A stretch of DNA of 64,000 bases from Naegleria gruberi (lineage: Eukaryota). The translations under genes and the position numbers were made by a program. The notes below the pieces were generated by a model. The model had not been told where the DNA came from. It ran no database searches and saw nothing but the letters and a program-made list of their open reading frames with translations. Position 1 is the first letter of the stretch. Every line of letters begins with the position of its first letter. Where the stretch lies: the NCBI GenBank assembly GCA_000004985.1, contig GG738848.1. The stretch is one strand, 5' to 3'. Shown piece after piece: positions 45,171 through 55,252 of the stretch.

Positions 45171-46082
45171 ATGTCTTTTTGCTACCTTGATGTGTTACCT
45201 CCAGAAATCATTACACTAATTCTCCAGCACTTGTCCTTCTCGGAATTGGCTGCACTTTTGAAACGTGAACCGCAATTTTACCAATTAATTTCTGCTAGTG
45301 ATTTGATGTATGCATTTACATGTACATTCACTCATATTTATTCGAATCAAAAAGAAATGGAAAATGCGCCAAGTTGGATTGCATCAAGAGTGTGGAAAAA
45401 AAGAATACCCCTACCAAAAGAACATATTCACCAATTGACCAAATTTCAAAAATTATTAGCAACAACTAGAAATGATTCCTCCAAATACGAAAAGCATTTG
45501 AAACAATTTCACTATCATCGAATTAAATTATTAATGAGTGCTTGGAAGTACAATCTGAAAACAGATATCAGGTTTTTTAGGCAGAGTGGAATTGAAAATT
45601 ATTTACAATATTTTGAAAATCATCTCACTTGGTTTATGGATTACGATATTCAAGCAAATACACGAGAGCTGAGTTATCTGTTGGTTGAATTACCGATTGA
45701 GCTTTGTGGGTCGATTTTTTGGACATTGAAACATCCTAATTATTATACTATTTTGGAACCTTCAAATTTGGAAAGATTTTGTAAAGTATTGCCCAAGTAT
45801 TTTTACATATTACTCAAATTGGGTCATCCAAGATTTTGTCATAGATTTCCCTCATGGAAACATTCATCACGGCTATCCATATTGATCGAACAAAATTCTG
45901 ATGTGATAGTGAGAGTTCCAAATGGAGTTTGTTTACTTTACTTTATTTCCATGTTTGAGAGAGTTAACCCAAGACAAATTCTATCAAAATTGAGTAGTTC
46001 ACCATCGGTTATTAAGAACGGTGCTCTTTTACAGGAAATGTTGGAAGAATTTGAATTTCCCCTCAAGTACTGGTGGGATTAG
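45171..46082 (+). CDS. F-box-like domain protein (paralog of 47156..48049)
   Basis: N-terminal LDVLPPEIITLILQHLSFSELAALLKREPQFYQLI fits an F-box (LPxEIxxxIxxxL). Confidence 0.45.
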   Translation: MSFCYLDVLPPEIITLILQHLSFSELAALLKREPQFYQLISASDLMYAFTCTFTHIYSNQKEMENAPSWIASRVWKKRIPLPKEHIHQLTKFQKLLATTRNDSSKYEKHLKQFHYHRIKLLMSAWKYNLKTDIRFFRQSGIENYLQYFENHLTWFMDYDIQANTRELSYLLVELPIELCGSIFWTLKHPNYYTILEPSNLERFCKVLPKYFYILLKLGHPRFCHRFPSWKHSSRLSILIEQNSDVIVRVPNGVCLLYFISMFERVNPRQILSKLSSSPSVIKNGALLQEMLEEFEFPLKYWWD

Positions 46083-46235
46083 TCTATTCATTAATAGAAC
46101 TATTCCATCAGAAAATGTCATATTAAGGAGTTCTCTTCGATAGTGCTTTATTTAGGTGGAAAGCTATCCGTGGCAACCCTAATAAAGATTCAAGCATGGA
46201 ACCATATGGTGTTTGCATTATTTACAAATTTATTA

Positions 46236-46766
46236 TTAACAACATTGTCCATCAGTTTCTTCTGGAAGTGCCTGTTGCTGAGCTGCACATGGAAGATTCT
46301 CAAAGAAATTAAGAACCGTAGTATTTGGTAGATTGAAGTCTGTTTCCTTATTGGTATAGTAATCCGATTCTCTTACAACGGAGAGTAACTCAGTAATGTA
46401 CTTGATTTTTGAAATTGATTCTTGTTCATCAACCTCTTCGTGTCCTTCATGGTTATCAGTGAAATAAACTACATAATCTCTTGTACAACTGCGTGGAGCA
46501 TCTATCCAATCTTGTTCTTCTTCATTGTAAGGTTGGACATGGAACTGTGGTTGTGTGGCAAAGTACTCTTCCAAATAAGTACTTGGTGAGTAGTAGTTAA
46601 GACTACTGCTGTATTCTTCCTTATTATTGGTATAGTTCAATTGCTCCAACTCATCTACATACAGAACGAGTTTGGTTCTTTTGGCAGATTCGTTGCATTC
46701 ATCTTCGAATGGTACTTGTCTGCTTCTCTTGTGCAAGTTATTCATCATTTTCTTCTTTGTAATCAC
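46236..46766 (-). CDS. Hypothetical acidic protein (176 aa)
   Basis: ORF only. Acidic, with a basic N-terminus (KRSRQVPFEDE). Low confidence that it is a real gene. Confidence 0.3.
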   Translation of the reverse strand: MITKKKMMNNLHKRSRQVPFEDECNESAKRTKLVLYVDELEQLNYTNNKEEYSSSLNYYSPSTYLEEYFATQPQFHVQPYNEEEQDWIDAPRSCTRDYVVYFTDNHEGHEEVDEQESISKIKYITELLSVVRESDYYTNKETDFNLPNTTVLNFFENLPCAAQQQALPEETDGQCC

Positions 46767-47155
46767 TTTGATTCTTCTTTTGAAATCACTTTTAGGCTTT
46801 TTTTTTGAGTAAGTTAATTGAGGGATGTCTGCTGAGCTCTGAGGATACCTTGTAAGAAATCTGACCTAATACCACCATTTGCCTTGCCCTGGATCGAATA
46901 GCCTCAGGCATCAGAAACCTCCTTACAATAGAGGTCTGTTTGAATATTTGGTTCTAAGGGTTTACAATGTGCTTTACCTTAATCGACAAGAATCGAACAC
47001 GCCACTGGTACCTCTTCCCCCATACCTTGACCTCCGCCGTGTAAGTGTTGAAAGCTGGTAAGATATTGCTCTTAATATGAGATTTAAACTAAGCACTTCT
47101 TCCAGTAGCATTCATTTGGCAGATGTTTGTAAAAGAAAATTATAATCAATAAAAA

Positions 47156-48049
47156 ATGTCATCATTGCAACTTCCGAGAGAAATATTTCATGAAATCTTA
47201 TTGTTTCTTCCTCCGATCAGTATGAAAGAGCTAATAATGGTTTCTAATAGAGATTTTCATAATTTGATAAATGATGTAACATTTCACAAATTATATTTAA
47301 TTAATTTATTCAAAATTCCTAACAACAAGCTTTCTTTATCAAATATATTAGAAAATTTAGATATTCCATTTGATTTAAACTATTCTAAAGTATTTAAATT
47401 ATTGTTAGAATGCACTTTCCAATACAAGGATCATATCTTTGATTCTTCCGAATTAATTTTTACAAATTTCAACAAAATCCCAAAAGAAAATATTGAATTT
47501 ACAAAAAGAGTTCAACTTCCATACATGAAAGAAAATCTAATTCTTTGTTATGGAATGAGAATTCCCTTCAAATGTTGTGGAATTAATAATTCGAAACTAA
47601 TCTTTATCAAATCATTGAAAGAATCCAAATTTGAGAAATTTGGATTAGAAACTTTCATATGCGAAATGGAGATGATTCTCTTTTTGGAAAATGGATTCCC
47701 ACTCGAATTATCAATCTATTGCCAAGATCATCGATATCATGGCAGGTGGATTGTTAAAATTTATGGCCAGGATTTTATTGACCTGAAACGGTCTGAAGGT
47801 TTTTGGGATTTTGAAATAGTTCAGGAAGAAATGATGAAGCTCATGGAGAGCATTTTGTTTAGAGATTTGAAATTCGAATTGCAAGAGTGCGAGAAAGAGT
47901 TGGTTGTTGGATGGAAACGGACAAATATGCAAAAATTGAAATTGACGATAATGGTTAATTGGTTTTATATTGCTACCTTTTCATTCTTGGACATGGATGA
48001 ACCATCAGACAAATTTTACATTATCCATGCACAGCCTGGCCAGGAATAG
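47156..48049 (+). CDS. F-box-like domain protein (paralog of 45171..46082)
   Basis: N-terminal LPREIFHEILLFLPPISMKELIMVSNRDFHNLI F-box-like motif; similar length and organisation to the 45171 gene. Confidence 0.45.
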   Translation: MSSLQLPREIFHEILLFLPPISMKELIMVSNRDFHNLINDVTFHKLYLINLFKIPNNKLSLSNILENLDIPFDLNYSKVFKLLLECTFQYKDHIFDSSELIFTNFNKIPKENIEFTKRVQLPYMKENLILCYGMRIPFKCCGINNSKLIFIKSLKESKFEKFGLETFICEMEMILFLENGFPLELSIYCQDHRYHGRWIVKIYGQDFIDLKRSEGFWDFEIVQEEMMKLMESILFRDLKFELQECEKELVVGWKRTNMQKLKLTIMVNWFYIATFSFLDMDEPSDKFYIIHAQPGQE

Positions 48050-48134
48050 GAAATCAGTGAGATAAACCTCATTAGGTTCACAGATTAAGAAAAGTATTTA
48101 AGGCCCAATATTAAGGAGTGATTATCAATGTGCA

Positions 48135-48207
48135 GCTGGCGTAGCTCAGTCGGTAGAGCGTTGGTCTAATAAGCCATTGGTCGCCGGTTCGATCCCGTCC
48201 GTCAGCA
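48135..48207 (+). tRNA. tRNA-Ile (anticodon AAT)
   Basis: GCTGGCG-TA-GCTC-AGTCGGTA-GAGC-G-TTGGT-CTAATAA-GCCAT-TGGTC-GCCGG-TTCGATC-CCGTC-CGTCAGC-A. Acceptor stem with one G-T pair; anticodon loop CTAATAA; one mismatch each in the anticodon and T stems. T-run (ctgtttt) immediately downstream. Confidence 0.75.
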
Positions 48208-48736
48208 ACTGTTTTATAACAGACAACCGTTTCAATTTCTTTTTGTTTTCAAAGATAAGGTGATTTGGAGCGAAAGAAATATTGGATTTGAAAGTTGGGA
48301 CTCTTTTCTAATAAACCTTTCATCTTTCAACTCGAATGATCTTGGTACAAATATCAAACACCCCATATTGAACTAAGTTCAAAAAGAGCTCTATTCCTTG
48401 AATATTGTTTCAACTCATACACCATCAACAAATCTCTTCATTTTCATCTCTGGTATCTTTCCAAGTCAGGTGTCAAATTACTAATAATTGAAATCAATCA
48501 GCTTCACAACTTTTCAAACTTGTTAATTGTCTTTTTTCAGGTTTTTTAAAAACCAAATAGAGACGTTGAACAGTTTTATTGGTGGTGAAAAGTTGATGAA
48601 TCACAACACAAATGTCTTGTTTTTAATATTTTCCTTTTTTGTAACTGACACATTTTGAGAAGGAGTCTTGATGGCTAACCAATCGTTTCGTTGATGTTGT
48701 GGTTAATTGAACAAGATAAACAACATAAAAAAAAGG

Positions 48737-50410
48737 ATGAACCATCCTGACAGCTGTCAAAAGTTCTCGTTTGAGTGGGTAATGGAAAATAATGAATGTT
48801 TGCAAGTGTTTTTGCAATATTTACAAGCCCATCAAAATGCTGAACAATTAGAATGTTTAATCGAAATGAAAGAACTTAAACAGGATATGGATTTGATATT
48901 AAATAGTGTTTCGAATAACAATTCGGAAGAGTTGTGTGTTTCGAATAGTAATACAGTAAGACAAGAATTGCAACGAATGTTGGGCGACTTTCCCTTGACT
49001 GATAAGAAAAAGAAGAGAAGAAGTTTATTCTCTGACTCATCGTCGAATATCAACACAACAGAAAACAGTGTGAAAACAATTTTTAGAAAATTGCTGGAAT
49101 TTTCCACAAGTTTCTTACATGTAAATTCGAAACGAGAACTAAACTTGCCACAAACCTTGAGAAACAAACTGTCGTTACAAATCCAAACTTTTTGGAACCT
49201 ATATTCTAAAAAGTTTGGATTTGATGAACATTTACCTTGTGTAAACAATAATTCGAATAGAAATTCAAGTAATAGTTTCCAACCACCTGTTTCTGCTACT
49301 TCTAATCCTCCTTCTAACTCTTCTAATACCATCTCTAGCCCATCCAATAACAACAATAGACGTTCTGTCAATAGCAATACATTCAATGCTTCAAATGTCA
49401 TTGATATTGAAGTGACAGATTTTTATGATTTCATTACAGACAAGTCACTTTTAAATTCACCAAAACAATTTACTGAACCCCCAGGTGGTTTATCTCCTGT
49501 TAGTTCTCTTTCTGATACTTCATTTTCATTTGATGGAAACTCAATACTCGAAGATTTTCTCATGTGCATTTCAAGAGTTGAAGAAGTTTTGAAGGAATTG
49601 GACACTTTCATTCGATTACAAGTTAAAACAGAGAGTTTTAGAGATTTCTGTAAATCTGAGCAGTTATATACATTCATTCAAAAGTTGAATCCTTCGACAG
49701 AGTTTATGAGAGAATTGAAAAGAAATTACAGACAATCGATGAGGGTTAGGTCAATTGCTAATCTGAAAGATATTGGAGATTCGAATGAGCAAAATTTGTC
49801 AATCATGTTGCTGAATGATAAGCTTCTCAAATGGAGTATGAATGATGTGTTAAATTGGATAGGAGAACATGGATTGGAGGAAATGGAATATTTCATTACA
49901 CAGAACAAAATTGATGGTTCAAAACTTTCACATCTGGAACAATATATCAATGATAGCGTGTATCCCTCTTTTGAAGTTAGGAAAAAATTCGAATATGAAG
50001 TTGATGAGCTGTTGACCTCGTTTGGATTTGAACCTCTTCCAAATACTGATTTTCCAGATATTAATTCAAGAAAGGGTAAATCACCACCAATCTCTAAGAA
50101 TGTAGTTGATATTTCTAATGAGACATTTGTTTTAAATTGTCAAATTTCTCAATCGAGTGAAATCAAAAAGATTAAACTGAAATCCAAACAGCTAGTCAAT
50201 TACTATTCACTTAAGAAAATACTCAAAGATACATTTGGAATTACCAGTGATTTGGAAATTGTACTAGTCAACCAATCCAAAACTTGTCCAATTTCTCCAT
50301 CCAATATTCTAACATCATTCAAGAAAGATATCATGAATCAAATCAAACATCCAAATCATAATTCACACATTACTGAAATTTTCGAAAAAAAGCTGATAAT
50401 AAACATTTAA
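48737..50410 (+). CDS. RGS-like + SAM domain signalling protein
   Basis: N-terminal FSFEWVMENNECLQVFLQYLQAHQNAEQLECLIEMKELK (RGS-like). SAM-like WSMNDVLNWIGEHGLEEMEYFITQNKIDGSKLSHLEQYI. C-terminal ubiquitin-like/PB1-like KIKLKSKQLVNYYSLKKILKDTFGITSDLEIVLV. Confidence 0.5.
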   Translation: MNHPDSCQKFSFEWVMENNECLQVFLQYLQAHQNAEQLECLIEMKELKQDMDLILNSVSNNNSEELCVSNSNTVRQELQRMLGDFPLTDKKKKRRSLFSDSSSNINTTENSVKTIFRKLLEFSTSFLHVNSKRELNLPQTLRNKLSLQIQTFWNLYSKKFGFDEHLPCVNNNSNRNSSNSFQPPVSATSNPPSNSSNTISSPSNNNNRRSVNSNTFNASNVIDIEVTDFYDFITDKSLLNSPKQFTEPPGGLSPVSSLSDTSFSFDGNSILEDFLMCISRVEEVLKELDTFIRLQVKTESFRDFCKSEQLYTFIQKLNPSTEFMRELKRNYRQSMRVRSIANLKDIGDSNEQNLSIMLLNDKLLKWSMNDVLNWIGEHGLEEMEYFITQNKIDGSKLSHLEQYINDSVYPSFEVRKKFEYEVDELLTSFGFEPLPNTDFPDINSRKGKSPPISKNVVDISNETFVLNCQISQSSEIKKIKLKSKQLVNYYSLKKILKDTFGITSDLEIVLVNQSKTCPISPSNILTSFKKDIMNQIKHPNHNSHITEIFEKKLIINI

Positions 50411-50554
50411 CTATCATCTTCATCATTTAAATTATTAAACTGTTATGTATCACTCCCACATTCGAATAAAAATTATTTTCTATTAATTTCTACTATTTTC
50501 AATTGAATCGGAACAACAATTATGCAAACTAATATACATTTTAAACTTACTAAT

Positions 50555-51043
50555 TTATTCCTTTAACAATTTTTGAATATCATCTTCCAAATCCTTTGGA
50601 TTAGTTGTTGGAGAATATCTCTTCAAAACTTTACCACTCTTTGAAACGAGGAATTTAGTAAAATTCCATTTAACAGCATCAACAAGGAAACCAGAACCTT
50701 CCTTCTTCAAATAAGCATAGAGTGGAATGGTACCTGATCCATTAACTTCAACCTTATCGAAAATCTTGAAAGTTGTCTTGAATTTAGATCTGGCAAATGT
50801 ACAAATTTCTTCATTGGTTCCTGGTTCTTGACTTCCGAATTGATTGCAAGGGAAAGCCAAAACTTCAAATCCTTGCTCCTTATACTTGTTGTACACTTCT
50901 TGTAAATCATCATATTGTTTAGTAAATCCACACTTGGAAGCAACATTAACAATTAGTAAAACCTTTCCTTTATATTCGGAGAGGGAAACTTCATTCAAAT
51001 CAGCATCTTTAACAGAGAATGAATAAATATCAGTGGTAGTCAT
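50555..51043 (-). CDS. Glutathione peroxidase (Cys-type, not selenoprotein)
   Basis: [47 protein letters not shown] and WNFTKFLV. The catalytic residue is a TGT Cys codon; there is no in-frame TGA. Confidence 0.9.
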   Translation of the reverse strand: MTTTDIYSFSVKDADLNEVSLSEYKGKVLLIVNVASKCGFTKQYDDLQEVYNKYKEQGFEVLAFPCNQFGSQEPGTNEEICTFARSKFKTTFKIFDKVEVNGSGTIPLYAYLKKEGSGFLVDAVKWNFTKFLVSKSGKVLKRYSPTTNPKDLEDDIQKLLKE

Positions 51044-51417
51044 TTCTTTATATTATATTGTTTTATTAAAATAAACAATGTATTGGTTGTGTTGGTTAGT
51101 TTTTTTTGTTGATTGAAAACAACTTGTGTGCTCGGACAGTTTTTATTTGATGAAAGAATCGCATTGTTAGGGCAAGCTTGAACACCGAAGAACGTCCATA
51201 GTCCTTCCACCCCAGAGATTTTCAAAGCACGAACGATGGCTTTGGAATGTTTCCAGTGGGTCCTCACACTCTATTGTCCATCAATGTTATTAATATCGAA
51301 GTGGAATATTAGAGGAGGAAATTTGGTAACGGAAGAAACAGATTTGTTTAATAAATAAATTAGTTTAATGGAAATGTTGTTGTTTTGATGTGTGTTTAGT
51401 TAAGAATGCTTAAATGC

Positions 51418-54400
51418 TTAACAAACAGTCATGTTTAGACAACTCTTAGATGGTGTTGTTAGAATGTTTTCGTCTTGTTGTTGTTGTTGTTGTTGCTCAA
51501 CAGCAGTCTTTCTCTTCTTTGACAATTGAGAAAGTGAACTAGTTCTTTGCATGGCTAATTTGGTTTCAGCCATTCTCTTTTGTTCAATGTCCTTCTTGGC
51601 CTTCTTGTATTGGGTGGTAAAATCCTTAATGTATGCAAAGAATTCATCTTCTTCCTCCTTAGATGATTTTGAACATGCAAAGTGGAAATATTCACAACAT
51701 TCCTTATAGGAATTCTTGAGAGATTCATAGGCTTCAACTACACTTGGAAGTGTTGGTGCACATCTAGAGTAGAAGGTATTCAATCTGGTTTCGTATAATT
51801 CTCTTTCATTCTTAGCTCCAACTTGGTGAAGATATTCAATACGATCTTGAATTTGTTTAAATTCCTTGAACAAGATATCAATACTATCAACGGTAATAGA
51901 AACACCGAATGTACAAACACCTGCACTTTCCAATTCCTTTTCAAAGCACAAAGTGTCAATACTATCCTTTTCCAATACTCCAACAAGGTAATGCATAAGA
52001 GTCATTTCCTTATTGGTTGATTTGGTATCACCAAGTTTTGGCAAGATTGAAATGTGGAAACCATTGGCTGCTTCAAGTTGCTTCTTACCTCTGTTCATAT
52101 AGTTACCAACAGTCAAGACATATTTGAGAACTTTGGCAAATGATTCAGAGGTACGAACAATACGAATAGCTTCTTGCTTTCTCTTAATCTTGAGAGTGAG
52201 ATTATCAAGAGTGCTTTCAAAGGTGTGCATGTAACCAATAACATTGACCTTTGCTTCAATGTTCTTAACGGAGAGGAGTGAAAGTAAGAATTCTTCAGTT
52301 CTCAACAACTTTTCCTTTGCCTCGAGCTCCTTCTTCTTACTTGCCAATTCATTAGCAATATTAACCAAACGCTTCAAATTGTCAACATGTTGAATAGAGA
52401 GGACACTGGTATCCAAAATGTTGATAAATTCAGTAATTTGATCATTGCTAAATGTCTTGAAGAGACTATTAAGAATAATCTCAACATTTCTATTGGTTCC
52501 CATATCGAGAATACCTTGATTGGTTGGAGTGGCAGGAACTGAAGACTTTGGTTTCATTGGAGTCTTGGCAGTAGCATCTTCTCTTGAGAACATCTTTTGG
52601 AATTCTCCCAAGTCAAGAATATTTTCATCAATGCTTGAATTATTCCAAACACTATTATTACTCACAACCTTAATTGGTTGCCAGTGAAGCTTTTTGATAT
52701 TGTTATCTTCAACCTTCTTGATAATGAGTGGTTTCTTGAGAGTTGGAATACCTCCCATCATCATTGGTGGAGGTGGTGGAACATTAAGATTGACTGGTTG
52801 CAATGGTGGTGGTGGAGGAACAACACTCAAAGTTGGAGGTGGAGGAACGCTTCCCATCATTGGTGGAGGTGGAATGGTAGAAGGCTTATATGGCTTAATT
52901 GGAGAGAGGCAAGAGGTAAGGACTGGATCATTCATATCAAGAAGAACACATTCGTTTTCCTTGTTTGGATTGTGTTTAGCAGAAGGAGGAGTAAAGTGAA
53001 GCAAGTTTTGTTCTCTCATTGGAGTGAGATTATTCTTCTTCGAACTGCTTCTACGAGCTGAACGTGGAGAGGACATGAGTCTCAACTTGGAACTACTGTC
53101 AGGAGTTAACAATCCTTGATATCTCTTATTGAGTTTAGCAGGTGTTCTACCAACATGCAATTCACTAAAGATGTTTGTTAATTGATCAATTTGTTCCATT
53201 TCAGAGAATATTCTCTTGTTTGGTGATTTTGATTCAATCTTCTTTAACATGGTATCCTTATTTTGAGTGAATACTTCCATTTCTGAAATCAAGTTCTTCA
53301 TATTTCTTCTGTGGGATTGATTTGTAATGTGAGCCAACCTAATGGCCACCTTATTACCCTTCAAGTAATATGGACAACTCTTAACAGTGGAATCCAATTC
53401 TGTTCTATATGTGTTAACCTTAAGTTCTGCAGAACTGTCAATTTCCTTCTTTACAAATGAAAATTTGAGTTGAATCTTGATATTGTCAACAATTTCATTA
53501 TTGGTGTGAGCCCAATCCAATCTATTCTTTTCAATACATAAAATATTGCCATTGTCTTGAGTTTGTAAAAAGACAGTATTGTATGTATATCTGAAAAGTT
53601 GTTGAATAGTACCCAATTCATCCATTTGATAACCAAAGAGAATAAAATCACCAATGAGTTTACATGCTTGCTTTGGAATTGGGAAATGATTATTACCAAC
53701 AGGTTCAACCTTCCTATCACCAACTCCAGCAAGTGAAGTGATTGATTCAGGTTGGGTACCATAAGTTGAATAGACAATTTGATTATTCTGTTTGACAACA
53801 AAGTAAATACCAGATGCTGTATCATTAAAATTCAAAAGATCTTCCTGTTGTGGACGTTGCTTTCTATTAGCATCCTTCTTGAAAACATCCAAAGTTGAAA
53901 GAACAATAGAATCGAGGGACATTAATTGAATTTCAGGAAGTGGCACTCTTGTCAAATAGTTAAAGTATTTGCAATAACGAACAACACTAGGTTCAAAAGT
54001 AGCAATCAAATCAATTTGTTGCTTGGTATAAAGTGATCCCAACACCTTTCCAATTGGTTTCTCTGTAATATACTTTTTCAATTCATAGTAAGCTTCAAGA
54101 GTGGTTCGATAATTTCTCTTGGATCTAAATTCGTTATCTTCAATATAGGAGAGGAAGGAAGCAATTAACAACAAGGCAAAACAAGTGTATTGTGCATTGG
54201 CAACAATTACAATAACACCCTGATTAGTAGTCTTGTTGGTAATGAAATTATACATGGTCTTACACATTTCAAAGAGGTGAGTAATTCTCTCAAAGTGAGA
54301 GATGGAGGCTAGTGTTGTAATTTCAGTGATGGAAGTGTTCAAATCGGATGATGATGAAGTATTCAAACTTGTATTGATTCCACTCTGATTGGAAACAAAT

Positions 54401-54728
54401 TGTCTGGTAAAGTTTATCACCATCACATCACCATACTTGTCTTTCAGCAATTGTTCCATATTATCTGAATTTTCATCGTCTTCCTTGTGGATGACTATTA
54501 AAACATCATCATCATGATAAAGATTAATTATTGTTGGTGTTATTAAAATTGTTGATGATGAATGTTAGGAATATTAGCATTAGAATTAAACATACACTTG
54601 AGGAAAGAACAAATGGAACACTCGTATAGATTAAACTTGTATTTGGTGGTAAAGCCTTCCACCATGTTCATAATCGAGCTTCCGCTGATTTTAACATTAG
54701 GCTTGAGCCACGTTTTAAAATTCATCAT
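51418..54728 (-). CDS. Formin with an N-terminal inactive PTEN-like phosphatase/C2 module, a poly-Pro FH1 and an FH2 domain; at least two exons (5' exon 54728..~54545, main exon ~54500..51418)
   Basis: PTEN-like: VIVIVANAQYTCFALLLIASFLSY in place of the HCKAGKGRTG P-loop (catalytic Cys lost), TLEAYYELKKYITEKPIGKVLGSLYTKQQI, C2-like GIYFVVKQNNQIVYST. FH1: IPPPPMMGSVPPPPTLSVVPPPPPLQPVNLNVPPPPPMMMGGIP. FH2: long helical domain with GNYMN...FLGD-type blocks (VGNYMNRGKKQLEAANGFHISILPKLGDTKS), then a C-terminal poly-Q. Confidence 0.8.
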
Positions 54729-55002
54729 TTTTTTTAAATGATTTTGAAACGTTAGATTGTGGCGCCATTTGTATTGAACGTAACGGTTGTTATTAAACTA
54801 AATAACGATATTTCGGACTAAATATCAACTTCTAACTCTTAAAAATCTTGGAAACGTTGCGTCTACAGTAACTATTAATTCAAGGTAGTCTTGACATATC
54901 AAATCGTCAATCAACTTCTCAATTGATTTGAAAACTATCATAAACTAGTGCAGGCAAAAAAGTAACTGTTTGGGCTGCAAAAAAAATGTAGGATGCAAAA
55001 GA

Positions 55003-55075
55003 TGGGGTCTGTGAGGATCGAACTCACGACCTTAGGATTATGAGACCTACGCGCTACCGACTGCGCCAAGACCCC
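55003..55075 (-). tRNA. Elongator tRNA-Met (anticodon CAT)
   Basis: Minus strand GGGGTCT-TG-GCGC-AGTCGGTA-GCGC-G-TAGGT-CTCATAA-TCCTA-AGGTC-GTGAG-TTCGATC-CTCAC-AGACCCC-A. Perfect cloverleaf; TTCGATC T-loop (elongator type); T-run after the 3' end. Confidence 0.85.
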
Positions 55076-55252
55076 GACACATTAACTTCTTAAATCGGAA
55101 TATATTGAAACCCTCGTAGCTAGTTTAGATATATTTCTTTTGCTCACATGATAATTTCCTATCCAATTCTTTTTCTTTTTTTCAAATAATCATCTCTCAG
55201 CCATTTTACTTTGTTGCTGTTGTGCATTTTCAAAATTGCCTTATTAAAAAAA

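Noticed and set aside
50555-51043. Selenoprotein glutathione peroxidase with UGA-Sec and a SECIS element
   Set aside because: The catalytic position is a TGT Cys codon (VASKCGFT). There is no in-frame TGA, so this is a Cys-GPx.
52678-53061. Gly/Trp-rich ORFs (WWRWW, GGGGG) as genes
   Set aside because: They are the antisense reading of the formin FH1 poly-proline tract (CCA/CCT runs read as TGG/AGG). Likewise, 24700-25206 is antisense to the Ser/Lys-rich exon, and 4752-4940 and other short antisense ORFs are embedded in conserved sense genes.
51418-54459. Formin N-terminus as a canonical GBD/FH3 (Diaphanous-type) region
   Set aside because: The by-eye alignment is to PTEN (P-loop-like VIVIVANAQYTC; C2-like segment), not to armadillo-type GBD/FH3. 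It is reported instead as a PTEN-like formin, pending HMM confirmation.
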